Assembly (NCBI GenBank): GCA_022750415.1
Contig: JAKIVT010000001.1
Location: 38,298-102,297 of the forward strand
Reading direction: 5' to 3'
Source: Thermoplasmata archaeon
Lineage (GTDB): Archaea; Thermoplasmatota; Thermoplasmata; Lutacidiplasmatales; UBA184
Length of the DNA stretch: 64,000 nt
Shown here piece by piece: positions 9,754 to 18,043 of the stretch. Positions within the stretch are counted from its first letter, which is position 1. Each line of letters begins with the position of its first letter. A model generated the notes under the pieces. The model was not told where the DNA came from, searched no databases, and saw nothing but the letters and a program-made list of their open reading frames with translations. A program made the position numbers and the translations under genes.

Positions 9754-10020
9754 TCACGAGGCGCGCCGCGCGGCCGCGGCGTCGATGGGTCCGGATTTCG
9801 GCATCCGCACCGCGAGGTCGAGGAGGATCGCGAGCACGATCGACTCGAGCAGGTCCGGGCTTCCGACGTACGTCGCCTGCGCGGCGTAGCGCCGGGCCGC
9901 GGTGACGAGCGAGCGGAACGCCTCCCGCTCCTCGGGGGTCGTCAGGAGACGCCCGAAGGCGTCCCACCGTTTCATCCGCTCCTCGAGCGCCTGCCGGTAG
10001 GTCGGGACGGTCCGTCCCAT
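9754..10020 (-). CDS. hypothetical 88-aa helical protein
   Basis: Internal ATG of track ORF 9754..10776 (MGRTVPTYRQALEERMKRWDAFGRLL...). The composition is protein-like, unlike the upstream R/P-rich part. It sits 19 nt upstream of the PolB-like start and overlaps the preceding gene by 49 nt. Confidence 0.55.
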   Translation of the reverse strand: MGRTVPTYRQALEERMKRWDAFGRLLTTPEEREAFRSLVTAARRYAAQATYVGSPDLLESIVLAILLDLAVRMPKSGPIDAAAARRAS

Positions 10021-10814
10021 GCGATCACCTCCCGTTCGTTGGCGCCGCCGAACGATTCGAGCCCGAGCTGGCCGGGCGGACGCCGGACCGTCGCGAGGCG
10101 CCGGCCGTCCCGGAACGCCTCGAGGAGCGCTCCCTCGCCCTGGGAGCGGGCGCGCACGAGGTCGTAGAGCCGAGGACCGGACTCCGTGAGGCCCGGGAAC
10201 CGGCCGAGCCCCTCGGAGAGGACGACGAGGAGGGGGAGGCCGGACCGATGGGCGAGCGTGCCGAGCCGGTGGGCGATGTGGGCGAGGAGCGGACGGCGCT
10301 CCTCGATGGGGAGCTCCTCCGCATCGTGGAACAATTCGGGGATCTCGTGGGCGACGAGCAGGCTCGGCCGGTGGGTCCGGATCTCGGCCGACCATCCGTC
10401 GACCATCGCGACCATCTGGTAGGCGGTGAACGCCCGCGCGAGCCGGATCCGCTCGAGCAACTCGCCCGGGTCGGCGCCGAGCGCGCGGCCGACCTCGCCG
10501 ATCCGGTACGGCTGGAACCGGTTCGCTCCCTCGACGAGGGAGATCCGGCTCCCGGCCGACGCGGCGCCGGCGTACAGGAGCTCGAGGAGCGATTCCACCG
10601 TCGACCGGTCCCCCATCCAGACCGTCGCCTCGCCCGGGGCGAGCGTCGGCGCGAGCCACGGGAAGATCGCCGGCGACGCCGGCAACTTCAGCGCGGGCGG
10701 CCGGGGCGGGGACCGTGGCCGCGCGGCCCGGACCCGCCGGGCCGGAACGGAGCGGCCGAAGCCCGTCGACCGCCATCGGTCGATCGAGAGCGGAGAGATC
10801 GCGGCGGACGCCAT
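9972..10814 (-). CDS. RecA/RadB-fold protein lacking Walker A/B catalytic residues
   Basis: Track ORF 9972..10928, trimmed to ATG 10814. The layout follows RadB: PGEATVWMGDRSTVESLLELL sits at the P-loop position with no GK[ST]. SRISLVEGANRFQPYRIGEV follows, and RPSLLVAHEIPELF sits at the Walker B position. Confidence 0.6.
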   Translation of the reverse strand: MASAAISPLSIDRWRSTGFGRSVPARRVRAARPRSPPRPPALKLPASPAIFPWLAPTLAPGEATVWMGDRSTVESLLELLYAGAASAGSRISLVEGANRFQPYRIGEVGRALGADPGELLERIRLARAFTAYQMVAMVDGWSAEIRTHRPSLLVAHEIPELFHDAEELPIEERRPLLAHIAHRLGTLAHRSGLPLLVVLSEGLGRFPGLTESGPRLYDLVRARSQGEGALLEAFRDGRRLATVRRPPGQLGLESFGGANEREVIAWDGPSRPTGRRSRSG

Positions 10815-10958
10815 GGGAGGGTCCGGACGGCGCTCCCCGCCGTTAAGCGGCCGACCGGAGGAACGGAAACGGGCCGGGATGGGGCGTTTCCGGTGCGTCG
10901 GTGCGGGGGAGTGCCGAGGGCCCGGCACGTGGTTCGGCGAGCGCTCGCCGCACCCGCG

Positions 10959-11384
10959 TCACGGGCGCTTCCCGAACCACCAGTCCTTCGCGTCGTCGGG
11001 CCAGTTGACGTCGATCACGTCGAACAGATTCCCATCGGGGTCCGCCAACGTCACGAAGTCGTGGCCGGGGCTCGCCGGCCGTTTCATCGTGGCCCCGAGT
11101 TGCAAAAGCCGGTCCACCTCCGCCAAGGGGTCGGTCGCGTAGAGGTCGAGATGGAGTCGATACTCCTCCAACGGGCCCTCCGAACTCAGGCTCAGATTGA
11201 GATTGGGCCCCTCGCCGTTCGGGTCCTTCAGAATCACCCCGTCCGGCTGCGGAGGAGAACGCGGGACGTACCGGAGCGCCTTGGCCCAGAACTCGATCAT
11301 CCGGGGCAGGTCCGTGCAGTCCACCACGATGGACCCGATCCAGAGCCGAACCGTCGTTGCGGCAGGTCGCGTACTTCCGGGCAT
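10959..11384 (-). CDS. VOC/glyoxalase family protein
   Basis: 141-aa ORF with a glyoxalase-like pattern: IVVDCTDLPRMIEFWAKALRY ... HLDLYATD ... FVTLADPDGNLFDVI. Confidence 0.85.
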   Translation of the reverse strand: MPGSTRPAATTVRLWIGSIVVDCTDLPRMIEFWAKALRYVPRSPPQPDGVILKDPNGEGPNLNLSLSSEGPLEEYRLHLDLYATDPLAEVDRLLQLGATMKRPASPGHDFVTLADPDGNLFDVIDVNWPDDAKDWWFGKRP

Positions 11385-11491
11385 GGAATCCGTGCGGGGG
11401 GCGCTCCCGTTCTACCGCCGGCCGGACCATAACCATCCCCCCCGTCGAACTGCGCCGTCGGGTCCGGTCCCGCCGGAGGTCCCCCGAGCGG

Positions 11492-12199
11492 TCAGCCCTC
11501 CAGAAAGGGAGCCGATGTCCGTGAGGCGAGGTTCGGGGGAAGGAGGGTCGACACGACCGTCTCCCGAAACCCGTACTGTTCCCCCGGCACCTTCTGCACG
11601 GTGAGTCCGCCCGCCTCGGCCGAGGAGACAATCGCTTCGATGGCGGGGTACGGCGGATACATCTCGTTCGAGCCGACCTTGAGCGCGACCGGAGTTGGCC
11701 AGGAGTTGGACGTCCCGGGGTGAACACGGATCGACTCCCGCCGGTCGAGCACCTGGCCCGATAGCTTCGGGTCGTCCCGGGAGACCCGTTCCTCTCGCTT
11801 GGAACCGTTGGCGACCGTGAACCCAGCGGCGTCGACCCGGAGCTCGGTCGGGCGCGCCCGCGACGTCAGTACCACGAGCAGGAAACTGACGATGGCCGGC
11901 CCCAACAGGAACCCCGTGCCAAGCTCCAGATTCGCGGAGTAGTCCTTGGCCATGACGACGCTGCAACCCCCCTTGCCGCACACGGTGAAGGGATGCGGGG
12001 GGTGGAACAGGAGCGGGAGCACGAGCCCACACCAGGCGATCGCGAACCCCGAGCCCTGACGAGACCGAGACCACGGAGGGGCCGGGGCGCCAGTCGGAGT
12101 GCGAAGCGCTGGGGCGAACCTGGGGCGAAGGGGTCTCCGAGCGACACCTTCTACGACCGATGCCTCTCCCCACTCAAGGAAGCATCGCGTTCCCCCCAT
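11492..12199 (-). CDS. hypothetical membrane protein (alternative start ATG 11953)
   Basis: Hydrophobic segments FAIAWCGLVLPLLF and GFLLGPAIVSFLLVVL are followed by a soluble domain. No family recognised. Confidence 0.45.
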   Translation of the reverse strand: MGGTRCFLEWGEASVVEGVARRPLRPRFAPALRTPTGAPAPPWSRSRQGSGFAIAWCGLVLPLLFHPPHPFTVCGKGGCSVVMAKDYSANLELGTGFLLGPAIVSFLLVVLTSRARPTELRVDAAGFTVANGSKREERVSRDDPKLSGQVLDRRESIRVHPGTSNSWPTPVALKVGSNEMYPPYPAIEAIVSSAEAGGLTVQKVPGEQYGFRETVVSTLLPPNLASRTSAPFLEG

Positions 12200-12226
12200 C
12201 GCTTCGGGACGGGACCCGGCTCCGGC

Positions 12227-13195
12227 TTACCCGGTCTCCAATTCCTTCACGCCGAGTACGAGTTCCCGCTCGCGCTGGAATCCGAGGCGGGCGTTGATCG
12301 ACCAAATCCCGGCGTTCAGCGAATCGTTCTCGGTCCGGAGGAACCGGTAGCCCCGCTCCTGGGCGAACCGGATCCCCCGATGCTTCAACTCCGTCGCGAT
12401 CCCCCGCCCTCGGAATTCGCGTCGGGTGGCCGTGAAGAGCTGGTGGAGGGTGTCGGGTTCCGAGGGGATCCGCTCGAGGTTGCTCATCCCGACGTACCGG
12501 GTCCCGACCCGGGCCAGAAGGAACCCCTCGGGGAGGAACCCGGGTCCGTTCAGCATCATCCCCACGAACTGCTCGCGCGTCGGGGGCACGTACGCCCCGA
12601 GCCGCGGGGCGTCGCCGAACGTCGCGGCCGCGAGGTCGTACACCCGGTCGATCACACCGCGGTCCGTGGGACCCTCGACCGCCAGGGTGGTGAACTCGAC
12701 GGCGTCCGGAACCGTTCGATCCGACACCCGTCGCCCGAATGCCCGGAGGTCGAGCCGAGATTGCCAATTGCGAAGCTTCTCGACGAACCCAAGGCGCTGG
12801 AGGAACCGGACCTCTCGGGGCCGGTCGGCACGGGTCGACGCCCAGAGGCGAACTCCGCCGATCTCCCGCACTTTGGCCTCCAGCACCCGCGCGAGCTCCC
12901 GACCGATCCCTCGCCCCTGGTGATCCGGGTCCACGTCCGCGCCGACCCAGAAGCTCCCCTGTCCGATGCTGTCCGGTGGGGTGATGGTCCCGCCGGTCGC
13001 GACCAACTGGCCGGACGCCACCTCCTCCACGGCGTACTGGTGGCAGATCATCGGAGGGATGTGCACGAACTCGTCGTCCCGGACCACCTCTTCGAGCGTC
13101 ACGGGCCGGTCGGGTGTCAGGCGGTTCAGAATCGACGTCTGCGCCGGGAGGTCCTTCTTGGTGAAGGGGCGCATTCGGTACCGGGGGTCGAGCAT
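12227..13195 (-). CDS. GNAT family N-acetyltransferase (two-domain)
   Basis: Track ORF 12227..13246 begins at a TTG, so I prefer ATG 13195 (MLDPRYRMRPFTKKDL). Motifs are VDPDHQGRGIGRELARVL and TRREFRGRGIATELK. Confidence 0.85.
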   Translation of the reverse strand: MLDPRYRMRPFTKKDLPAQTSILNRLTPDRPVTLEEVVRDDEFVHIPPMICHQYAVEEVASGQLVATGGTITPPDSIGQGSFWVGADVDPDHQGRGIGRELARVLEAKVREIGGVRLWASTRADRPREVRFLQRLGFVEKLRNWQSRLDLRAFGRRVSDRTVPDAVEFTTLAVEGPTDRGVIDRVYDLAAATFGDAPRLGAYVPPTREQFVGMMLNGPGFLPEGFLLARVGTRYVGMSNLERIPSEPDTLHQLFTATRREFRGRGIATELKHRGIRFAQERGYRFLRTENDSLNAGIWSINARLGFQRERELVLGVKELETG

Positions 13196-13291
13196 CGCGT
13201 TTCCACCGCCCCGGGCGAGCCGGCGGTGGACATTCGAGAGTCCCAACTCGGCGATAGGTTATGCGGCCGTCTTTCGTTCGGGCCGAGGTCG

Positions 13292-14605
13292 ATGGTATCC
13301 CCGGGCGATGAGCCGGCGACGGCTCCGGAGCCGGAGGGATCCGAACCGACTCGTTCGGAAGGATCGGCCGGGTCCGAGAGGTTCGGGGAACTTCCCCCGG
13401 GCCCCGGTCCGGGGGGTGACGAACCTCCTCGCCCTCCCCCTCGGCGCCGCCCCTGGGTCGCGATCGCGGTCGTCGCCGTGGTCGTTCTCGTCGTGCTGGG
13501 CCTATCGTTCACGGGCCTTCTCGGCTCCCGGTTCGACCTGTTGGCGCCGAAATCATCCGGGTCGACTTCGGTGTCGTTTTTCCAGGCAGTCGAGACCGCG
13601 AACAGTTCCGTCCAGGCCCAGGGAGGAAGCTGGGGGCTGATCCAAGCCGAGGGATTCGACGTTCCGGGCAGCGGTCCGTATCCGTTCCTCCCGCCGAACA
13701 GCAGCTCGCCCTGCTACATCGGCGGGCTCCCGACGTTTGCGAACTCGGCCCCGGGCGATGCGGCGAAGGGGCTCTCTCCGTACTGGCTCTTCGGGTTCGA
13801 GTCGACGGCCAACTTGAGCGTCCTCTCCGTGGCAGTGGTCAACGGACAGGCCCAGGTCATCGGAGCGAGTCCGACCCTCACGGCGTGTGAGCCGGCCCTT
13901 CGCTACGGACTCCTCGCCCCCGCGGCGTCGATCGAGGACTCGCCGGCGGCGGTCCAGAGCCTCCCGAATCTCACCCGCTTCGTCGGGTCGTTTCCGAATT
14001 CGGCTGTCGTGTTCCTCCTTTCCGACATCCCCGGGGAGATCGGGAAGCTCTCCGGAACCGCGAGTTGGCTCATCGAGGCGTCTCCCTGCCTCTCCGCCCC
14101 GGCGATCGGACCGCCGGCGGGTGACCCCGAGTACCTGGGAGGGACGAACGGCACCACCTCGCACGTCTACGTCGACGAGCAGTTCCTCGGTTTTGGGGCG
14201 TGCGAGACCCCCGGAACCCTCGGTCCGGCCCTCCAACTCAGCCATTCGGTCCGAGTCACGAGCCCGTTCGTCGGAGGGACCGGGTACCGCGACGCCGTCC
14301 GGGGGGTGAACGGGACTCTCACGCCCTCCGCCTTCCACCCCGCCGTCTTCCCCGGCGAGTTCTACGGGGGATATCCGGCGGGCGCGTTCGCGCCGGGCAA
14401 CCTGAACTTCTCGGTTCTGAACGGCACCAACGTGTCGATCGCGAACTACAACTTCACGACCAGCAGCTGGACGTACGGGGCGTCGGTCGCCATCGTCGCC
14501 GGGGACTCCCTCGAACTCGATGCCGGGGGTGCTCTCGAGGCGGCCTCGCTCGTCCTCGTCGCGAACGCGCCCACCACCGGCCAGATCGGGATTTTCCTTC
14601 CCTGA
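13292..14605 (+). CDS. membrane-anchored extracellular protein, sequon-rich (probable surface glycoprotein)
   Basis: In-frame ATG 13292 of track ORF 11993..14605; the upstream part is antisense to two GNAT/membrane genes. It has an acidic/Pro-rich N-terminus, one TM (WVAIAVVAVVVLVVLGLSF), then about 380 aa with roughly 10 N-x-S/T sequons. Confidence 0.7.
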   Translation: MVSPGDEPATAPEPEGSEPTRSEGSAGSERFGELPPGPGPGGDEPPRPPPRRRPWVAIAVVAVVVLVVLGLSFTGLLGSRFDLLAPKSSGSTSVSFFQAVETANSSVQAQGGSWGLIQAEGFDVPGSGPYPFLPPNSSSPCYIGGLPTFANSAPGDAAKGLSPYWLFGFESTANLSVLSVAVVNGQAQVIGASPTLTACEPALRYGLLAPAASIEDSPAAVQSLPNLTRFVGSFPNSAVVFLLSDIPGEIGKLSGTASWLIEASPCLSAPAIGPPAGDPEYLGGTNGTTSHVYVDEQFLGFGACETPGTLGPALQLSHSVRVTSPFVGGTGYRDAVRGVNGTLTPSAFHPAVFPGEFYGGYPAGAFAPGNLNFSVLNGTNVSIANYNFTTSSWTYGASVAIVAGDSLELDAGGALEAASLVLVANAPTTGQIGIFLP

Positions 14606-14704
14606 AGGCCGAGCGAGGCGACTCGCCGGCCCCGGGCGGAGGTCGGAACGACGCCACCGACAAACTCTTCCCCCCCGCCTCGCATCTTGAGTCCACTTCC
14701 CGCC

Positions 14705-14908
14705 ATGCCGAACTGTCCCACCTGCTCGAAACCGATGGCCCCCGGGTTTCTCGGTTCGGAGAGCTTCATCGGCGGGTCGAAGTGGTTCCTGGAGCGGACC
14801 CGCCTCGCCTTCGGCGGCGAAGAGGTCGCGAAGCCGAACACCTACGGGATGGTCTACATCGCCGGTTTTCGATGCCGGGACTGTAAGACCCTCCTTCTCC
14901 AGTACTGA
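14705..14908 (+). CDS. small zinc-ribbon protein
   Basis: Track ORF 14687..14908 starts at a TTG; ATG 14705 gives MPNCPTCSKPM...FRCRDCKTLLLQY, with CxxC at both ends. Confidence 0.6.
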   Translation: MPNCPTCSKPMAPGFLGSESFIGGSKWFLERTRLAFGGEEVAKPNTYGMVYIAGFRCRDCKTLLLQY

Positions 14909-14961
14909 GCCTCTCCCGGCGGGAGCGGCGCGTCTCCGCGCTCGGTCCGGAGGGCCCGGAA

Positions 14962-15306
14962 CTAGGTCCGCTTCGGCGGCTCGGTCGCGACCTTCGCGCC
15001 GGACCACTCGATGCCGACCAACGGTTCCTTCCCCACCACCCAGGCGTCGTGCCCGGCGGGGATCGAAGCGACGTCGCCGGGACCGATCTCGAACTCGGTG
15101 CCGTCCGAGAGCTTCACGTGGTACCGTCCGGAGATCACGTATTGGAGATGCGTTGCCTCGCACCACTCCGTCTTCGCCGCGGGCTTGACGTCGTTCGACC
15201 ACTTCCACCCCGGCTGCAAGTTGTAGCGCGCCACCGTACCGCCCCCGATCGGGACCAGCTCGATCTTCGCATGCTCGAACGTTCGGACCTCGGTCGCAGC
15301 GGACAT
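14962..15306 (-). CDS. cupin domain protein
   Basis: Internal ATG 15306 of track ORF 14962..15396 (MSAATEVRTFEHAKIELVPIGGG...). Cupin strands are HLQYVISGRYHVKLSDGTEFEIGPGDVASIPAGHDAWV. Confidence 0.85.
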   Translation of the reverse strand: MSAATEVRTFEHAKIELVPIGGGTVARYNLQPGWKWSNDVKPAAKTEWCEATHLQYVISGRYHVKLSDGTEFEIGPGDVASIPAGHDAWVVGKEPLVGIEWSGAKVATEPPKRT

Positions 15307-15450
15307 GTTCCGGACCTCGTGACGCGGCATCGATTCCCAGGATGCGTTCCACGCTAAAGACCCGTGCCCGACCGGGGGAACGCGTCCCCGCGCCATCGGG
15401 GGAAGTCGAGTCGCCCTGGCCGCGGGAGTGGCCCCGGGCGGGGACCGGAA

Positions 15451-17049
15451 CTACGCCACGGGTGCCGAGGGGACCGGCTTCTTTCCGGTCGGCAGCCGGC
15501 CGACCAGGAGCAAGGAGACGAAGAACGTCGCGACCAGCAGGACGAGCATCAGGGTGAACAGCTGGTCGTACGAGTGGACGAGGGCCGTCAGCTCGCCCTG
15601 GAAGTACGCCCCGCACGCCGCGCTCGGTGGAGCGGCGGCGCTGCATCCCCCGGCGGGGACGCTCGGCGCCGCCGTGTTGAACCGCCACTGCTGGAACACG
15701 GCGAGGAGGGAGACCCCCATCGAAGCCCCGAGCGACTGGAGGAACTGGACGAGCCCGCTCGCCGCGCCGACGTCCGCCGTCGGAACCTCGTTTTGCACCG
15801 CGAGGATGAACACGGGCAGCGTGAGTCCCGCGCCGAATCCGATCGGGATCAGCGGGAGCACGATGCCGCCGACGGGAAGGAATCCGAACTTGAGGATCCA
15901 GACCGGGGTCGTCGCCGTGACCGCGGTGAGGAACACGAAGCCGCCGGCGGAGATCAACGCCCCGAGCGCCGTGACGTTCCGGTACGAGAAACGAGTGAGC
16001 AATTGGCCGCCGAAGGCGGCGCCCAGCACGATGGGGAAGACGAGCGCGTAGAGGACATCCCGGACCACGTCGGCGGAGGAGGCTCCGGGGGGGAGCAGCA
16101 CGAGCCCGACGAGAACCGAGACGAACGTCGCCAGGGAGAAGACGGAGAACCCGACCAAGAACGCGGTCCCCCCGCTCCCGGCGACGACGCGACGCGTGAA
16201 GAGTCGGAGCGGAACGAGTGGCTCCTTCGCTCGGATCTCCCAGATCGCGAATCCGAGGAACAGCACGACCGTCGCCACCAGGAGGGCGATCGTGCGATTG
16301 TCGGTCCAGGCCCAGCCGGAGTCCGAAACCTGGATGAGCGCGTACATCAGGGCGCCGACCCAGCCCGCGAGCAGCGCGGCGCCGGGGATGTCGAAGGTCC
16401 GCTTCTCCGTCGGGCGCAGGGGTCCAAGGGTCGCGAGAAGGATGATGACGCCGACCACGCCGACCGGGATGTTCACGTAGAACACCCAGCGCCAGCTGGC
16501 GTTGTCGACGATGAAACTCCCCAGGAGCGGCCCGGCAACGGTCGCGATGCCGAACACTCCGGAGAGGAGCCCGATGAGCCGGGCCCGGGTCTCCGGCGGG
16601 AACAGGACCGCGATGATCGAGATGCCGACCGGGAAGAAGTCGCCGTTCCCGAATCCCTGGACCGCACGGAAGAAGATCAGTTCGTTCAGGTTCTGGCTGA
16701 GGCCGGAGGCGAGCGAGCCCGCGATGAAGATCCCGAGCCCGAGGAGGAAGACGTTGCGCCGGCTGAACAAGTCGGAGAGCTTCCCGAAGATCGGGATGGC
16801 GACGGTGGAGCTGATCAGGTAGGAGCTGACGACGAACGTCACGCCGTTCGGTTGCCCGAGGTCGGTGACGATCTTCGGGAGCGCGGTGAGGACGACGAAG
16901 TTGTCGAGCGCCCCCATCAGGAGGGCGGCGAGGATCCCGATGACCACGAGCGTCGCCGTCGCGGCGGCGGGGGCGGAGATGGCCGGTTTGGCGGGGGCAT
17001 CGGCGGCGGGTTCGGCACCGGGGGACCATTCGGAGATCGGTTCGGGCAT
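15451..17049 (-). CDS. MFS transporter, DHA2 (14-TMS, EmrB/QacA-like) family
   Basis: Track ORF 15451..17133, trimmed to ATG 17049. Motifs are LDNFVVLTALPKI, GKLSDLFSRRNVFLLG and FRAVQGFGNG, with many TM segments. Confidence 0.9.
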   Translation of the reverse strand: MPEPISEWSPGAEPAADAPAKPAISAPAAATATLVVIGILAALLMGALDNFVVLTALPKIVTDLGQPNGVTFVVSSYLISSTVAIPIFGKLSDLFSRRNVFLLGLGIFIAGSLASGLSQNLNELIFFRAVQGFGNGDFFPVGISIIAVLFPPETRARLIGLLSGVFGIATVAGPLLGSFIVDNASWRWVFYVNIPVGVVGVIILLATLGPLRPTEKRTFDIPGAALLAGWVGALMYALIQVSDSGWAWTDNRTIALLVATVVLFLGFAIWEIRAKEPLVPLRLFTRRVVAGSGGTAFLVGFSVFSLATFVSVLVGLVLLPPGASSADVVRDVLYALVFPIVLGAAFGGQLLTRFSYRNVTALGALISAGGFVFLTAVTATTPVWILKFGFLPVGGIVLPLIPIGFGAGLTLPVFILAVQNEVPTADVGAASGLVQFLQSLGASMGVSLLAVFQQWRFNTAAPSVPAGGCSAAAPPSAACGAYFQGELTALVHSYDQLFTLMLVLLVATFFVSLLLVGRLPTGKKPVPSAPVA

Positions 17050-17161
17050 CGCGGCTCGCTCGAGCGCCGGTCCCGGTCCGGCGGCTATTAGGTTTCGCGC
17101 ACCCGCGCGCCACCTCGTGCGAGGCCAGCGCACGTACGCGAACCGGGGTGCCCCGGCGGGG

Positions 17162-17926
17162 TCACCCGAGGCGGGAGGACCACGGCGGCGGCGCGACGCC
17201 CAGCCCGTCGCGGAGCGCCTCGGCGTTCAGCGCCGCGTCGCCCCGGAAATGGTTGTTGAAGAACCCATACACTTCCGGAACCCGCTCGCGGAGCTGCTGG
17301 ATCCGGGGGACCCAGGCCGCCAGCTCTTCCGCGGAGTACGTGTAGTCGTACCAGTTCTCGCGCCCGTGTCCGTGCCAGCGGACGTAGGCGAACGGGGCGG
17401 TCGTCTCGAGCTGGACCGGCAGCATCGGTTCGTCCACGACCGTGTACGCGAGGCGGAACTCCCGGAGGAGGTCGAACGAGGCCGGCTCCAGCCAGGAGGG
17501 CTCCCGGAACTCGACCGCGACCGGCAACGTCGGAGGTAAGCTCTCGTAGAAGGCGCGGACCGTCCCCGGCTCGAACTTCAGCGACGGGGGAAGCTGCAAC
17601 AGGGCCGCTGCGAATTTCCCGGCCGCTTGGAGCGGATGCACCACCGCGAGGAACCGCTTCAGCTCCTCCGCGGCGCCGACCAGGCGCCGGTCGTGCGTGA
17701 TGGTCTGCGGAAACTTGGCCGCGAATCGAAACTCTCCGGGGGTCCGTCGGGCCCAGGATTCGGCGACGGCGACCGGGGGAAGGCGGTAGAACGTCGAGTT
17801 GACCTCCACGATCGCGAACCGGCTCGCGTAGTACCGGAGCTTGTCGCGCACTCCGTGGGGCGGGTACACTCGACCGGTCCACTCCGGGTAATCCCAGCCG
17901 CTCGTGCCCAGCCGGATGTTGCCCAC
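17162..17926 (-). CDS. DUF72 family protein
   Basis: Hallmark IRLGTSGWDYPEWTGRVYPP. GTG 17926 has GGAGG 3 nt upstream. The track start ATG 18001 would add 25 R/P-rich residues. Confidence 0.88.
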   Translation of the reverse strand: MGNIRLGTSGWDYPEWTGRVYPPHGVRDKLRYYASRFAIVEVNSTFYRLPPVAVAESWARRTPGEFRFAAKFPQTITHDRRLVGAAEELKRFLAVVHPLQAAGKFAAALLQLPPSLKFEPGTVRAFYESLPPTLPVAVEFREPSWLEPASFDLLREFRLAYTVVDEPMLPVQLETTAPFAYVRWHGHGRENWYDYTYSAEELAAWVPRIQQLRERVPEVYGFFNNHFRGDAALNAEALRDGLGVAPPPWSSRLG

Positions 17927-18043
17927 GGTCCTCCGACGGCACGGGGAGGGGAAATAGGCTGACGGGGCGGGGCGAAACGGCTCCGGGCCGGGGTTCCGCA
18001 TTCGACGGCGGCGGAATCCAGGCCCCCGGAGGGGGGAGCGCCG

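Noticed and set aside
13553-17113. 1186-aa minus-strand ORF, the longest on that strand in the track.
   Set aside because: The product is almost pure Arg/Pro/Gly/Asp low complexity. It spans, in the wrong frame or strand, the surface protein, the cupin and the MFS transporter, all of which have clear motifs. This is a typical stop-poor shadow ORF of GC-rich DNA.
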